Part shown: positions 21,107 through 31,314 of the stretch, piece after piece | How the letters are laid out: every line of letters begins with the position of its first letter | Position numbering within the stretch: the first letter of the stretch is position 1 | Assembly (NCBI GenBank): GCA_963700695.1 | Contig: CAVOYO010000003.1 | Location: forward strand, 61,180-125,179 | Length of the DNA: 64,000 bases | Direction: 5' to 3' | DNA from: an uncultured Acidobacteriota bacterium | GTDB taxonomy: Bacteria; Acidobacteriota; Vicinamibacteria; Fen-336 | Notes under the pieces: generated by a model | What the model was told of the DNA's origin: nothing | The model's input: only the letters and a program-made list of their open reading frames with translations | The model's database searches: none | Translations under genes and position numbers: made by a program

Positions 21107-21945
21107 TCACTTCTCGGGGTCGGCGAGGAACCGGTCCAGGGCCTCGGCCTCCGGCCTGCGGTACATCGCGTTGCGGCTGCGGAGGATGTCGAAGTCCACC
21201 GCGGTGGGCGTCGAACTCCGGTCCGTCGACGCAGGCGAACTGGCTCTTCCCGTCGATGCTCACCCGGCAGCCCCCGCACATGCCGGTTCCGTCGACCATG
21301 ATCGAGTTCAGGCTGACGACGGTCCGGATGCCGTGGGGGCGGGTGGTCTCGGCGACCGCCCGCATCATCGGGATCGGGCCGATGGCCAGCACGTAGTCGA
21401 TCGTCTGCCCCGGCATCGATCAGCTTCTGCAGGGCGTCGGTGACGAGGCCCTTCTCGCCGTAGCTGCCGTCGTCGGTCGTGACGTGCACCTCGTCGCTCG
21501 CGGCGCGGATCTCGTCTTCGAGGATGACCAGGTCGCGGGTGCGGCCGCCGAGGATCGAGATCACCCGGTTGCCCGCCTTCTTCAGCGCGACCGCGGTCGG
21601 GTAGGCGATGGCCGCGCCGACGCCGCCGCCGATGACGACCGCGGTGCCGAAGCTGCTCGACCTCGGAGGGCTTCCCGAGCGGCCCGACGACGTCGAGGAT
21701 GGCGTCGCCGGTCTCCAGCGAGTTGAGCAGCTTGGTGGTCTTGCCGATGCCCTGGACGACGATCGTGATCGTCGCCGCCGCTCGGCGTCGGAGTCGGCGA
21801 TGGTGATCGGGATCCGCTCGCCGTGCTCGTGCACGCGCAGGATGACGAACTGGCCGGCCTTGCGCTTGCGGGCTACGCGAGGGGCCTGTATCCGGAACAG
21901 CTTGACGTCCGGGGCGAGGAAGCGGGCTTCGAGGAGAGGAAACAT
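21107..21945 (-). CDS. PyrK/NfnA/SudB-family FAD/[2Fe-2S] electron-transfer subunit (frameshifted)
   Basis: MFPLLEARFLAPDVKLFRIQAPRVARKRKAGQFVILRVHEHGERIPITIADSD / TAVVIGGGVGAAIAYPTAVALKKAGNRVISILGGRT / SLNSIMVDGTGMCGGCRVSIDGKSQFACVDGPEF; ends ...LADPEK* (TGA 21107-21109). Confidence 0.8.
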
Positions 21946-22099
21946 GATGGGTACTGCGGAAGCAGGAAGCGGGCCAACTGGCCGCCCGTGGGCCGCGCCC
22001 GGACAGCTGTCGGCGGCACAGAATCGGACACGGGGAGGCTAAGTCCCGATTAATGAGTACCTAGTCGCCGGTATGCCCCTTGCGTAGACGCCGGGGGAG

Positions 22100-22324
22100 A
22101 TGAGGATCCTGCGCCATCGGCAGACCCGCCACTTTGTCGCCCTTCTCGTGAGCTGCCGCTGCGGCCGGAAGTTTCTGCACCGTCTGGACCGCTCGATGGT
22201 GCCCTGCCTCGACTGCGGCCGTATCGAGGACCTCAGCCGGATGGTCGGGAGGCTCCGTTCGGCCCGCAAGGCCGAACGCCGGCGCGCGCCCCAGGCGGCG
22301 CGCCGCTCCCGCCCCCGAGGCTGA
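22100..22324 (+). CDS. hypothetical small zinc-ribbon-like basic protein (74 aa)
   Basis: CRCGRKF...x13...CLDCGR (CxC / CxxC) followed by an Arg-rich tail; GGGGGAG 3 nt upstream of the ATG; no family recognised. Confidence 0.35.
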   Translation: MRILRHRQTRHFVALLVSCRCGRKFLHRLDRSMVPCLDCGRIEDLSRMVGRLRSARKAERRRAPQAARRSRPRG

Positions 22325-22372
22325 CGTCGGCTCGGGACGAGCCCCTCGGGGGGCCCGAGCTAGAATGCCGAG

Positions 22373-24299
22373 GTGAAGCAAGCGACACGTGTCGCCACCC
22401 GGCTGTCCAGACGAGCCGCGCGGCGGGGGTCGAAGCCGGAGCGACTGTGGGCGCTCCTGCCCGAAATCTGGAGCCTCGTCCGGCCCCGCCGCGGGCTCCT
22501 CGCCCTGGGCTTCGTCCTCATGGCGATGAATCGCGTGGCCGGCCTCGTCCTGCCCGGCTCCACCAAGTTCCTGATCGACGACGTGATCGGCAACCGGCAG
22601 GTGGGCCTCCTCCTGCCCCTCGTGGGCGCCGTGCTCGGGGCGACGCTCGTCCAGGGCCTCACGTCCTACGGCCTCGTCCAGCTCCTGTCCAAGGCGGCGC
22701 AGCGCCTGATCGCGGAGATGCGGATCAAGGTCCAGGCGCACGTGGGCCGGCTCCCGGTGGCGTTCCACGACGGCACGAAGACGGGCGAGCTCGTGTCGCG
22801 CATCATGACCGACGTAGAGGGCGTGCGAAACCTGATCGGCACGGGTCTGGTGGAGCTGGGCGGGGGACTGCTGACCGCGGCCCTCGCGTTCTGCGTCCTG
22901 ATCTGGCTCTCGCCTCCGATGACCCTCCTCACCCTCGTCTCCCTCGTGGCCTTCGCGCTCGTTCTCTTCCGGGCGTTCCGGGTGCTGCGCCCGATCTTCA
23001 GGCAGCGGGGCGAGATCTACGCCGAGGTGACGGGGCGCCTGACGGAGTCGCTGGGCGGGGTGCGGGTCGTGAAGGGCTACCAGGCCGAGGGCCGGGAGGC
23101 GGAGGTGTTCGCCGGGGGTGTCCGTCGGATCCTCGACAACGTCTTCCGCACGCTGACGACGACCTCTGCGCTCTCGCTCGCCTCGACGGTGCTGCTCGGT
23201 GCGGGGGGCGCGGCGGTCATGTACCTGGGGGCACGCGAGATCCTCGCCGGGCGGATGACGGTCGGCGCCTTCTTCACCTACACGATGTTCCTCGGCTTTC
23301 TGGTCGGCCCCTTCTTCCAGATCGCCGCCATCGGGACGCAGCTGACCGAGGCCCTCGCCGGTCTCGAGCGCACGAGGGAGATCCTCCGCGAGCGCCCCGA
23401 GGACGAGGACCCCCGCCGAACGGTGGAGCTCCCCGAGGTGCGCGGCGAGATCGTCTTCGAGGACGTCGGCTTCGCCTATTCGGAGGGTGAGCCGGTCCTT
23501 CGAGCGGTGTCTCTCCGCGCGGAACCGGGGACGGTCACCGCGCTCGTCGGGCCGTCGGGAGCCGGCAAGTCCACGATGATCGGGCTCGTCTGCGCGTTTT
23601 ACGCTCCCGGGCTCGGGCCGGGTGCTGATCGACGGCGTGGACCTCTCGACGGTGCAGCTCGACTCGTACCGCCGTCACCTCGGGGTGGTGCTCCAGGAGA
23701 CGTTCCTCTTCGACGGGAGCATCCGCGAGAACATCGCCTTCGCCCGACCCGGCGCCGAGCAGGACTCGATCCTCGAAGCCGCGCGCCTCGCTCACGTCGA
23801 CGAGTTCACGACGGCCTTTCCCGACGGGTACGACACGATCGTCGGGGAGCGCGGCGTTCGCCTGTCCGGGGGGCAGCGTCAGCGGGTGGCCATCGCACGG
23901 GCGATCCTGGCCGACCCCCGGGTTCTCATCCTCGACGAGGCGACGTCCAGCCTCGACTCGGAATCGGAGGCCTTCATCCAGGAAGGCCTGGCCTGGCTCA
24001 TGAAGGGTCGTACGACCTTCGTGATCGCGCACCGACTGTCGACGATCCGGCGGGCCGACCGGATCCTGGTGGTGGAGAAGGGGGAGATCGTGGAGCGGGG
24101 CACCCACGAGGCGCTCCTGGCCGCGGGGGGCCGCTACCACGCGATGTACACGCGGCAGCACGGGCTGACGGCGAACCTGTTCCTTGCGCCGGGCGAGGAG
24201 GCGCGGCGGTCTCGATCGGACGGAGCCGAGCGGGACGAGGGCGTGACAACAGAAGACGCGGCCGACCGGCAGGGTGTCCTGTGGATCCTGCGCGAATGA
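22373..24299 (+). CDS. ABC transporter, fused permease/ATPase (MsbA/ABCB-type exporter; one frameshift near 23610)
   Basis: Six-TM N-terminal domain, Walker A GPSGAGKST, signature LSGGQRQRVAIARA, Walker B ILILDEATS, H-loop TFVIAHRL. The two halves are in different frames. Confidence 0.88.
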
Positions 24300-25423
24300 C
24301 CGACTCTCCCTTTGCCGGGAAGGTGGTCCTCGCCCCCCTGACCGTCGGGGGCAACCTGCCCTTCCGGCGTCTGTGCGTCGAGCTGGGGGCACAGGTCACC
24401 GTCGGTGAGATGGCGATGGTCCGCAAGCTCCTCTCCGGGAGCCCGAGTGAGTTCGCCCTCCTCAAGAGCCACCCCGACGAGGGCTTCTTCGGTGTGCAGC
24501 TCGCGGATCGAAAGGAGGACAGCCTGGCCGAGGGCGCCCGGATCGCCGAGTCGCGAGGGGCGCGCTTCATCGACCTGAACTGCGGCTGCCCCATCCACGA
24601 GATCACGCGCCGAGGCCTCGGCGCCAGCCTCCTCCGCAAGCCGACGAAGCTGGGTCGGCTGGTGGACGCGTTGAAGAAGGCGGTCTCCGTTCCTGTGACC
24701 GTCAAGCTGCGCACCGGCTGGAGAGAGGGGAAGGAGAACGTCTCGGAGGTGGCACGGGTCTGCGAGGAGAGCGGGGCCGACGCCATCACCCTGCACGCGC
24801 GCAGCCGCGAGCAGCGCTACAACCGCGCGGCGGACTGGGACCTCATCGGCCGGGTCGCGGCGGAGCGCGGGGTCCCCGTCATCGGGAACGGCGACATCCT
24901 CACCCACTACGAGGCCCGGGAGCGGATGACACGCTCGGGCGTGGGCTCGGTGATGCTGGCCCGGGGCGCCCTGATCAAGCCCTGGCTCTTCCGGGAGGTG
25001 AGGACGGGCCAGGCCTGGGAGCCCACGGGCGAAGAGCGCCTGCAGGTGCTCTGGCGACTGGTCGAGCTGCTTCGCGAGCATTTCGGTGAGGACGAGCGCG
25101 GGCGCAGACGCGCCATGCGCTTCCTCCCCTGGCACATGAACTTCTTTTGTCGCTACCGTCCCCTTCCCGAGGATCAATACGCGGAGAAGTCCCGACTCCA
25201 CCCGCTGCTGCAGTCGCGCCTCGAAGCGGGAAAGCCCGCGACACCGCTGGAACGTCTCCTGGCCGACACGAGGCCCGAGACGCACCAGCGGATCGCCGAA
25301 GAGCTCATGGCCTCCGCGACGGGGGACGAGGCATTGGCGCGAGCGCAGCAGCTCGCAGCGTCACTCCCCCCGGACACCACCGAGAGGACCCTCGACGTCG
25401 CGGCCAGGGAGGTCGCGGGCTGA
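24296..25423 (+). CDS. tRNA-dihydrouridine synthase
   Basis: Intact 375 aa; VVLAPLTVGGNLPFRRLCVELGA..., FIDLNCGCPIHEITRRGLGASLL, VTVKLRTGW, ITLHARSREQRY, VIGNGDI; ATGA overlap with the upstream stop. Confidence 0.88.
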   Translation: MTDSPFAGKVVLAPLTVGGNLPFRRLCVELGAQVTVGEMAMVRKLLSGSPSEFALLKSHPDEGFFGVQLADRKEDSLAEGARIAESRGARFIDLNCGCPIHEITRRGLGASLLRKPTKLGRLVDALKKAVSVPVTVKLRTGWREGKENVSEVARVCEESGADAITLHARSREQRYNRAADWDLIGRVAAERGVPVIGNGDILTHYEARERMTRSGVGSVMLARGALIKPWLFREVRTGQAWEPTGEERLQVLWRLVELLREHFGEDERGRRRAMRFLPWHMNFFCRYRPLPEDQYAEKSRLHPLLQSRLEAGKPATPLERLLADTRPETHQRIAEELMASATGDEALARAQQLAASLPPDTTERTLDVAAREVAG

Positions 25424-25454
25424 GGGGGAGTCGACGCACGGCGTACCCCCAATC

Positions 25455-25600
25455 GTTCATCGACCCCCCACCCTATCCCTCCCCACGTGGGGAGGGGAAC
25501 GCCTTGAGATAGGCCCCGTACGCCCTTGTGTCCCCAAGGAGGGGACACGAGGGCGAGTCTGGGCCTGGTGGCCAGTCGCACTCATTACCATAGACCCCCG
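25455..25600 (+). repeat. intergenic modular repeat, locus 2 (single X unit)
   Basis: TTCATCGACCCCCCACCCTATCCCTCCCCACGTGGGGAGGGGAA-GCCTTGAGATAGGCC-hairpin CTTGTGTCCCC/AAGGA/GGGGACACGAG (25525-25551)-GGGCCTGGTGGCCAGTCGCA. Confidence 0.9.
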
Positions 25601-25698
25601 CCTTCCCTCCTCCCGGGGCTCGCTCGGCTTGAAACGCCCGTGACGACGGCGTACGCTGGCCGACAGCGAACCCCAACAAACCAAGGAGACTGGCGGCC

Positions 25699-27081
25699 AT
25701 GAAGCGCCATCCCGCGCCCTGCGACAGCATTCTCGATGCCATCGGCTCGACCCCGCTCATCCGTCTGCGGCGGATCACCCGGGGCATCCGCACTCCGGTC
25801 CTCGGGAAGGCCGAGAACCTCAACCCCGGGGGCTCGGTGAAGGACCGGATCGGGCTGGCCATCGTCGAGGGGGCGGAGCGGCGAGGCGAGCTCAAGCCGG
25901 GCGGGGTCGTCGTCGAAGCCACGAGCGGCAACACCGGCATCGGTCTGGCGGTGGCGGCGGCGATCAAGGGCTACCGGTGCATCTTCACCATCCCGGACAA
26001 GATGTCGAGCGAGAAGATCCGGCTGCTCCGTGCGTTCGGGGCGGAGGTCGTGGTCGTGCCGACGGCGGTGCCCCCGGATCACCCCGAGTACTACATCCAG
26101 AAGGCGATCAGCATCGCGAGGTCCACTCCGGGGTCCTTCTTCGCCAACCAGCACTTCAACCCCGACAACCCCGACGCTCACTACCGGACGACGGGCCCGG
26201 AGATCTGGGAGCAGACGGACGGGCGGGTGACGCACTTCGTGTGTGCCCCCGGGACCGGTGGGACCATCACCGGAGTGGGCCGATACCTCAAGGAGCAGAA
26301 CCCGGAGGTCCGGGTGATCGCCGGCGACCCGGTGGGCTCTCTCTACGCCGAGTACGCGCGAACCCGGAAGATGGGAGAGGGGGGGCCCTACAAGGTCGAG
26401 GGCATCGGCGGGGACAAGATCCCCACGTCGCTGGACTTCGACGTCGTGGACGAGTGGATGACCGCGTCCGACGCCGACGCGTTTCGCACCGCGCGGCGCC
26501 TGACCCGAGACGAGGGTCTCTTCATCGGCGGCTCGGGTGGGCTGAACGTGTGGTGTGCTCTCGAGGTGGCCCGTCGGGTGGACGACCCCGAGGCGATGGT
26601 CGTGACGATCCTCTGCGACACCGGCGAGCGGTACTTGTCGAAGCTGTTCGACGACACCTGGATGCGCGAGAACCAGATGCTCGACGCGGAGCGCACGACC
26701 GCGGGCGAGCTCCTCGAGCGGCACCCGGAGGAGGTCCCCCCGATCGTGTCGGTGGGGCCCTCGGCCAACCTGCGTCAGGCGCTCAACCTCCTCAGCACCT
26801 GGGGCGTCTCGCAGCTTCCGGTGGTCGACGGGGACGACTGCGTCGGCTCGGTCAGCGAAGCCCTGATGGCGCGTGTCCTCGAAGACGGCAAGCTGCTCGA
26901 CCGCCCGGTCTCGGAGCTGATGTCCGGGCCCTTCCCGGTGGTCGACGCGGACGTTCCCCTGGACCGACTCGTCAGCCTGCTCTCGAAGGAGACGCCGGCG
27001 GCGCTGATCCGGGAGAGCGGCCGCCTGATCGGCATCGTGAACCGGTACGACGTCCTGCGGCAGGTCGCGGGCATCGGCTGA
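25699..27081 (+). CDS. cystathionine beta-synthase (PLP cysteine-synthase fold + C-terminal CBS pair)
   Basis: Intact 460 aa; ENLNPGGSVKDRIG (PLP Lys), TSGNTGIGLA, GTGGTITG. The C-terminal roughly 130 aa form a tandem CBS domain. Confidence 0.88.
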   Translation: MKRHPAPCDSILDAIGSTPLIRLRRITRGIRTPVLGKAENLNPGGSVKDRIGLAIVEGAERRGELKPGGVVVEATSGNTGIGLAVAAAIKGYRCIFTIPDKMSSEKIRLLRAFGAEVVVVPTAVPPDHPEYYIQKAISIARSTPGSFFANQHFNPDNPDAHYRTTGPEIWEQTDGRVTHFVCAPGTGGTITGVGRYLKEQNPEVRVIAGDPVGSLYAEYARTRKMGEGGPYKVEGIGGDKIPTSLDFDVVDEWMTASDADAFRTARRLTRDEGLFIGGSGGLNVWCALEVARRVDDPEAMVVTILCDTGERYLSKLFDDTWMRENQMLDAERTTAGELLERHPEEVPPIVSVGPSANLRQALNLLSTWGVSQLPVVDGDDCVGSVSEALMARVLEDGKLLDRPVSELMSGPFPVVDADVPLDRLVSLLSKETPAALIRESGRLIGIVNRYDVLRQVAGIG

Positions 27082-27099
27082 GACAGAGTCTTCGCGCGG

Positions 27100-28596
27100 T
27101 CAGGACCGGACGCGGGCCACGGCTGCCCGCCAGCCGGCAAGCAGGCGGTCCCGATCCGCCGCGTTCATGGCGGGTGCGAAGAGGCGGTCGCGGGTGCGGG
27201 TGCCGCGGAGGGCGTCGGGGCTCGGCCAGAAGCCCACCCCGAGGCCGGCGAGGAGGGCCGCCCCGGCGGCGGTGGTGTCGAGGAGCGCCGGGCGATCGAC
27301 GGGCACCCCGAGGATGTCCGCCTGGAACTGCATGAGGAAGCCGTTGGCGGCGGCGCCGCCGTCGACGCGCAGCTCGCGCAGGACGACCCCCGACTCCTCG
27401 TTCATGACGTCGACGACGTCCCGGGTCTGGTAGGCGATGCTCTCGAGGGCGGCGCGGACGACGTGGGCCCGGCCGGCACCACGGGTGAGGCCGACGATGG
27501 CCCCGCGGGCATCGGGGTCCCACCAGGGGGCCCCGAGCCCAGCGAAGGCGGGAACGAGATACACACCGGCGGTGTCCGGGACGGCGGCCGCGATGTCCTC
27601 CGTCTCCGCGGCGTGGCGGACGAGGCCGAGCTCGTCGCGGAGCCACTGGACGGCGGCGCCGGCGACGAAGATGGCGCCCTCGAGGGCGTAGGCGGGGCCG
27701 CCCCCGCTGTCGCAGCACAGCGTGGTCAGGAGCCCCTTCCGGCTGATGACGGGACGGTCGCCGGTGTGGAGGACAAGAAAGGCCCCGGTCCCGTAGGTGT
27801 TCTTCGCCATCCCGGGTTCCCAGCAGCCCTGGCCGAACAGGGCGGCCTGCTGGTCGCCAGCGATTCCAGCGATGGGGACGCCGTCGGGCACTCCCTCGAC
27901 ACCGGAGGTCTCGCCGAAGACCCCGCTGCTCGGGCGCACCTCGGGGAGCATCGCCGCCGGCACCTGGAGGATCGAGAGGAGCTCCCGGTCCCAGTCGCGC
28001 TCGTGAATGTTGTACATGAGCGTCCGCGAGGCGTTCGTGGGCTCGGTCGCGTGAACTCGGCCGCCGGTCATACGGCTGAGGAGCCAGGTGTCGATCGTGC
28101 CGAAGGCGAGATCCCCGGCCTCCGCCCGGCGTTGAAGGTCCTCGTCCCGGTCGAGGATCCAGCGGACCTTGGTCCCGGAGAAGTAGGGGTCGACTACGAG
28201 GCCGGTGCGCTCGTGGAACAGGGACTCGTGGCCGTCGGCCTTGAGACGAGCGCAGATCTCCGCGGTCTGTCGGCTCTGCCACACGATCGCGCGATGGACG
28301 GGCCGCCCGCTGGATCGCTCCCACACGACCGCGGTCTCCCTCTGGTTCGTGATCCCGATGGCCTTCAGGCCGTCGGGTGGGAGGGCGGAGGCCCTCAGCG
28401 CATCCGCCATCACGCGGCGGCTCGTCTTCCAGATCTCTTCCGGATCGTGCTCGACCCAGCCGGGGCGCGGGTAATGCTGGGTGAACTCCGAGGTGGCCCG
28501 CCCGAGGACCTCTCCGGCGACTCCGAAGACGATGGCGGTCGTGGCGGTGGTGCCCTGGTCGAGGGCGAGAATGGCGGCGGCGGCACGTGCGGGCAT
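27100..28596 (-). CDS. glpK: glycerol kinase
   Basis: Intact 498 aa; [83 protein letters not shown]. Confidence 0.93.
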   Translation of the reverse strand: MPARAAAAILALDQGTTATTAIVFGVAGEVLGRATSEFTQHYPRPGWVEHDPEEIWKTSRRVMADALRASALPPDGLKAIGITNQRETAVVWERSSGRPVHRAIVWQSRQTAEICARLKADGHESLFHERTGLVVDPYFSGTKVRWILDRDEDLQRRAEAGDLAFGTIDTWLLSRMTGGRVHATEPTNASRTLMYNIHERDWDRELLSILQVPAAMLPEVRPSSGVFGETSGVEGVPDGVPIAGIAGDQQAALFGQGCWEPGMAKNTYGTGAFLVLHTGDRPVISRKGLLTTLCCDSGGGPAYALEGAIFVAGAAVQWLRDELGLVRHAAETEDIAAAVPDTAGVYLVPAFAGLGAPWWDPDARGAIVGLTRGAGRAHVVRAALESIAYQTRDVVDVMNEESGVVLRELRVDGGAAANGFLMQFQADILGVPVDRPALLDTTAAGAALLAGLGVGFWPSPDALRGTRTRDRLFAPAMNAADRDRLLAGWRAAVARVRS

Positions 28597-28607
28597 GGGC
28601 GGATTCT

Positions 28608-28800
28608 ACTTGTTCATTGACCCCCCACCCTATCCCTCCCCACGTAGGGGCGGAAAAGGCCGGACAGAGGCCTTGGACATCCGCGTGTCCCCAGGGAAGG
28701 GACACGCGGGCGAGCTGGGCTGGTGACCAGACGCACATGTTCATCGACCCCCATTGTCCCCACGGAAGGGACAGGCGGGCGGCGGAGGGTCTGATGGCCG
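28608..28800 (+). repeat. intergenic modular repeat, locus 3 (X unit + degenerate second unit)
   Basis: TTCATTGACCCCCCACCCTATCCCTCCCCACGTAGGGG..., hairpin CGCGTGTCCC/CAGGGAA/GGGACACGCG (28682-28708), CTGGTGACCAGACGCA, then a second TTCATCGACCCCC head with a decayed hairpin. Begins 12 nt from the glpK start codon. Confidence 0.88.
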
Positions 28801-28816
28801 AGCCGCGAACGAGGGC

Positions 28817-29866
28817 CTAGGGTCTCCATCCGAGCGCGAAGAAGACTGCGAAGTCCGTGGTGCTCTGCTGGGCGATCAGGTTCTCGGTGACACCGACGTC
28901 CAGGCGGACGGTTCGTCCGAGATCGACGCGCCCCCCGAGGTTCACGAGCCAGTGCACCCCGGGGTAGGAGTCGATGTTCTCCACGAGGCGGCTGGCGGCG
29001 TTCGTCTCGACGATCAGGCTCACGCGACACCAGGGTCGCCACTCGAACGCGGCGAAGCCCTGGGCTCGCGTCCGGGAGTACTCGAGGCCACGCACGGGAC
29101 CCGGATCCTGAATGCTCAGCCCGGCCCCGGCGTAGAGGTCGATCGTGCGCCCGAGGGGAGTCGCCACGACGAGCTGCGCCCCGGCCCCGAGACCGTGTCG
29201 GTCGTAGGGCCCCGTCGCGGTGGGGAGGGACACGCGCCCCACGAGGGCGAGGGACGGGTCGGCGAGCCCCCCGTCGAGAGCTCGCCACCGCACGTCGAGC
29301 TGCACGCTGCCGAGACCGGTGCCCTCGTAGGGGTTCCACGAGAAGTGCTGCTCGTCCGTGGTGGTGCCCTCGATCCGGAAGGCGTCGCGCAGGAAGATCG
29401 GACGCGCGGCGTCTTCGACGCGGAAGACACGATGCCAGGAATCGATGAACGCGTCGAGCCCGCCGCCGCCCCTGTGTTGTACGGGGACACGGATCCCCAC
29501 GTCGAAGTGGCGGCCGAGCCCCCGGCGCAGCGTGGCCGCGAGGGTGAGCGCCTCTCCGTCGATCAGGAAGCGCCGGTCGGCGGGATTCTCACCTCGCACG
29601 TCCTGTGTCCAGGAGAAGGAGTTGGACAGGAGGAGCGAGACGTCGACCGTCCACTCCCCCCGCGAAACCGTGTGGGGGGAGGTGGCCGGGAGCGTCAGGC
29701 GAGGCTGCGCCAGCAGGTGATCGTCGCGGATCTCGGCCGGCCCGCGCCGCGCGCCGGGGCCCCGGCCGTCATCTTTGGGGGCGTCCTGGGCGCCCGCTGT
29801 CCCCACGAAGAGGAGGCCAGCGAGGGCCAGCGCCCCACGGCCGAGGAGGCGGGAGCGTCGACTCAC
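28817..29866 (-). CDS. putative outer-membrane beta-barrel protein (possibly DUF3187-like; uncertain)
   Basis: GTG start giving VSRRSRLLGRGALALAGLLFVGTAGAQ signal peptide; about 350 aa; alternating beta-strand-like pattern; C-terminal ...FAVFFALGWRP. The longer ORF to 30061 would run through tRNA-Glu. Confidence 0.5.
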   Translation of the reverse strand: MSRRSRLLGRGALALAGLLFVGTAGAQDAPKDDGRGPGARRGPAEIRDDHLLAQPRLTLPATSPHTVSRGEWTVDVSLLLSNSFSWTQDVRGENPADRRFLIDGEALTLAATLRRGLGRHFDVGIRVPVQHRGGGGLDAFIDSWHRVFRVEDAARPIFLRDAFRIEGTTTDEQHFSWNPYEGTGLGSVQLDVRWRALDGGLADPSLALVGRVSLPTATGPYDRHGLGAGAQLVVATPLGRTIDLYAGAGLSIQDPGPVRGLEYSRTRAQGFAAFEWRPWCRVSLIVETNAASRLVENIDSYPGVHWLVNLGGRVDLGRTVRLDVGVTENLIAQQSTTDFAVFFALGWRP

Positions 29867-29895
29867 GGGAGCAGGCGGCTCGGCCGGGCGAGTGA

Positions 29896-29972
29896 TGGCG
29901 ACCCTGGAGGGATTCGAACCCTCGATCTCCACCTTGAAAGGGTGGCGTGCTGGGCCTCTGCACCACAGGGTC
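29896..29972 (-). tRNA. tRNA-Glu (anticodon UUC)
   Basis: Reverse complement GACCCTG TG GTGCAGAGGCCCAGCAC G CCACC CTTTCAA GGTGG AGATC GAGGG TTCGAAT CCCTC CAGGGTC G CCA; closely resembles the canonical bacterial tRNA-Glu D-loop AGAGGCCCAG. Confidence 0.9.
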
Positions 29973-30171
29973 GGGGGAAGGTCTGACAGAAGTCCCGGCG
30001 AATCAAAGAAATAGCCTACACGCCTCCGGACGTCCGGGCAAGCCCACGAGGGTGGGCCCAAGAGGGCAGCGTCCCAGCCCGGAGGCGCCCCAGGAGGTGC
30101 GTCGCACCGCCGGCCAGCCAGCGTCCGGGGCCTCCCCGGGGGGCGACGAACGACGGCCAGTGCGGGAAACC

Positions 30172-30330
30172 TCAGGCGGCGCGGGGAAGATCGCGATCGT
30201 CGGGGGCCGGCCGTGCCATCGGGCGCGTGTAGGGGCGCGGGGGTCTCTCCATCGCGAGCAGCGCGTGGAAGATGAGCCCGCTCCCGAAAAGCAGGAGAGC
30301 CGCGGCCAGAAACTGTAGAAGCATCACCAT
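30172..30330 (-). CDS. hypothetical 52-aa membrane peptide
   Basis: MVMLLQFLAAALLLFGSGLIFHALLAMERPPRPYTRPMARPAPDDRDLPRAA*; GAGGA 6 nt upstream of the ATG; below the ORF-track length cut-off; no homology recognised. Confidence 0.25.
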   Translation of the reverse strand: MVMLLQFLAAALLLFGSGLIFHALLAMERPPRPYTRPMARPAPDDRDLPRAA

Positions 30331-30475
30331 CTCATCCTCACGGTGCCACCCTATAGGCGGGTACGGCCGGGACGGGTCCGGTGTTTCGCTTCTTTTTCGC
30401 TTTTCCGCACGGGGGATACTCCGTCGCGGCTCTCCCCGCTGAAAACAAGGGACTTGGGAAGGGAATGACCCCGGC

Positions 30476-31189
30476 TCAGCGCTTCTGCGGGCGGGCGGGC
30501 CGCATCTCGATGCGGCTCAGGTGGGCGCCGTCACGCGTCCGCGTGAGATCCACGACCGTCCGGGCGAGATCCTCCGCGGTCAGCATCCAGGAGGCGTCGG
30601 AGGGCTGCGGGGCGCCCTCGAACTGGGTGTCGACGGAGCCCGGGGCGATCGTGGTCACCTTCACCCCGCGCTGGCGGACCTCGAGCATGAGACACGTCGC
30701 GAAGTGGTCCAGCGCGGCCTTGCTGGCGCAGTAGGCGGCCATCCCGGCGATCGGGTTGACCCCGGCGAGCGACGAGATCATGAAGACGTGCCCGCCGCGG
30801 TGCACCAGGTGGGGAAGCGCGGCACGGGTGAGCCGGAACACGGCCGTCACGTTGGTGCCGATGACGCGGTCCCAGTCCTCGTCGCTGGTGTCGACCACGT
30901 TGGCGAACGCACCTACGCCAGCGTTGTTGACGAGGATTTGCAGACCACCGAAGTGATCGACGGCCGCGTTCACCGCGCCGGCCGCCACCGAGGAGCTTCG
31001 AACGTCGCCGGCGAAGGCGAGCCCTCGACCCCCCTGCGCCTCGATCTCCTCGACGAGCGTGTCGAGCTCGGCCGCGGAGCGGGCCACACCCGTCACCGCA
31101 ACCCCTTCGCGGGCCAGGGCGAGTGAGATCGCGCGGCCGATTCCCCGGCCGGCGCCGGTCACGAGCGCGGACGCCTCTTTGAGCTCCAT
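30476..31189 (-). CDS. short-chain dehydrogenase/reductase (SDR) family oxidoreductase
   Basis: [25 protein letters not shown] (TGxxxGxG), NNAG, catalytic S...YCASK. Start at MELKEA preferred over the upstream GTG (31219) by typical SDR N-terminus. Confidence 0.88.
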   Translation of the reverse strand: MELKEASALVTGAGRGIGRAISLALAREGVAVTGVARSAAELDTLVEEIEAQGGRGLAFAGDVRSSSVAAGAVNAAVDHFGGLQILVNNAGVGAFANVVDTSDEDWDRVIGTNVTAVFRLTRAALPHLVHRGGHVFMISSLAGVNPIAGMAAYCASKAALDHFATCLMLEVRQRGVKVTTIAPGSVDTQFEGAPQPSDASWMLTAEDLARTVVDLTRTRDGAHLSRIEMRPARPQKR

Positions 31190-31314
31190 GCTCGCAGTAT
31201 AGGAGGGGGTGGTTGCCACGGCAAAGAAGACGGAGTCGATCCCGACCCCCGGCTCCGGGGGGCGGCTTGCCGCCGAGGGCCGGCGGACCCTATATTCGGG
31301 GACGGACCCGACCC

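Noticed and set aside
26972-28744. 590-aa minus-strand ORF overlapping glpK on the same strand in another frame
   Set aside because: The glpK frame (27100..28596) carries all the glycerol kinase motifs. The alternative frame is Arg/Pro/Gly-rich, and its upstream end extends into the intergenic repeat (28608-28744), which recurs at other loci in other frames and orientations.
29947-30318. 123-aa plus-strand ORF between tRNA-Glu and the SDR gene
   Set aside because: Its translation is Gly/Arg/Pro-rich with no motifs or RBS. The opposite strand holds a more plausible, though still weak, 52-aa membrane peptide with a GAGGA RBS.
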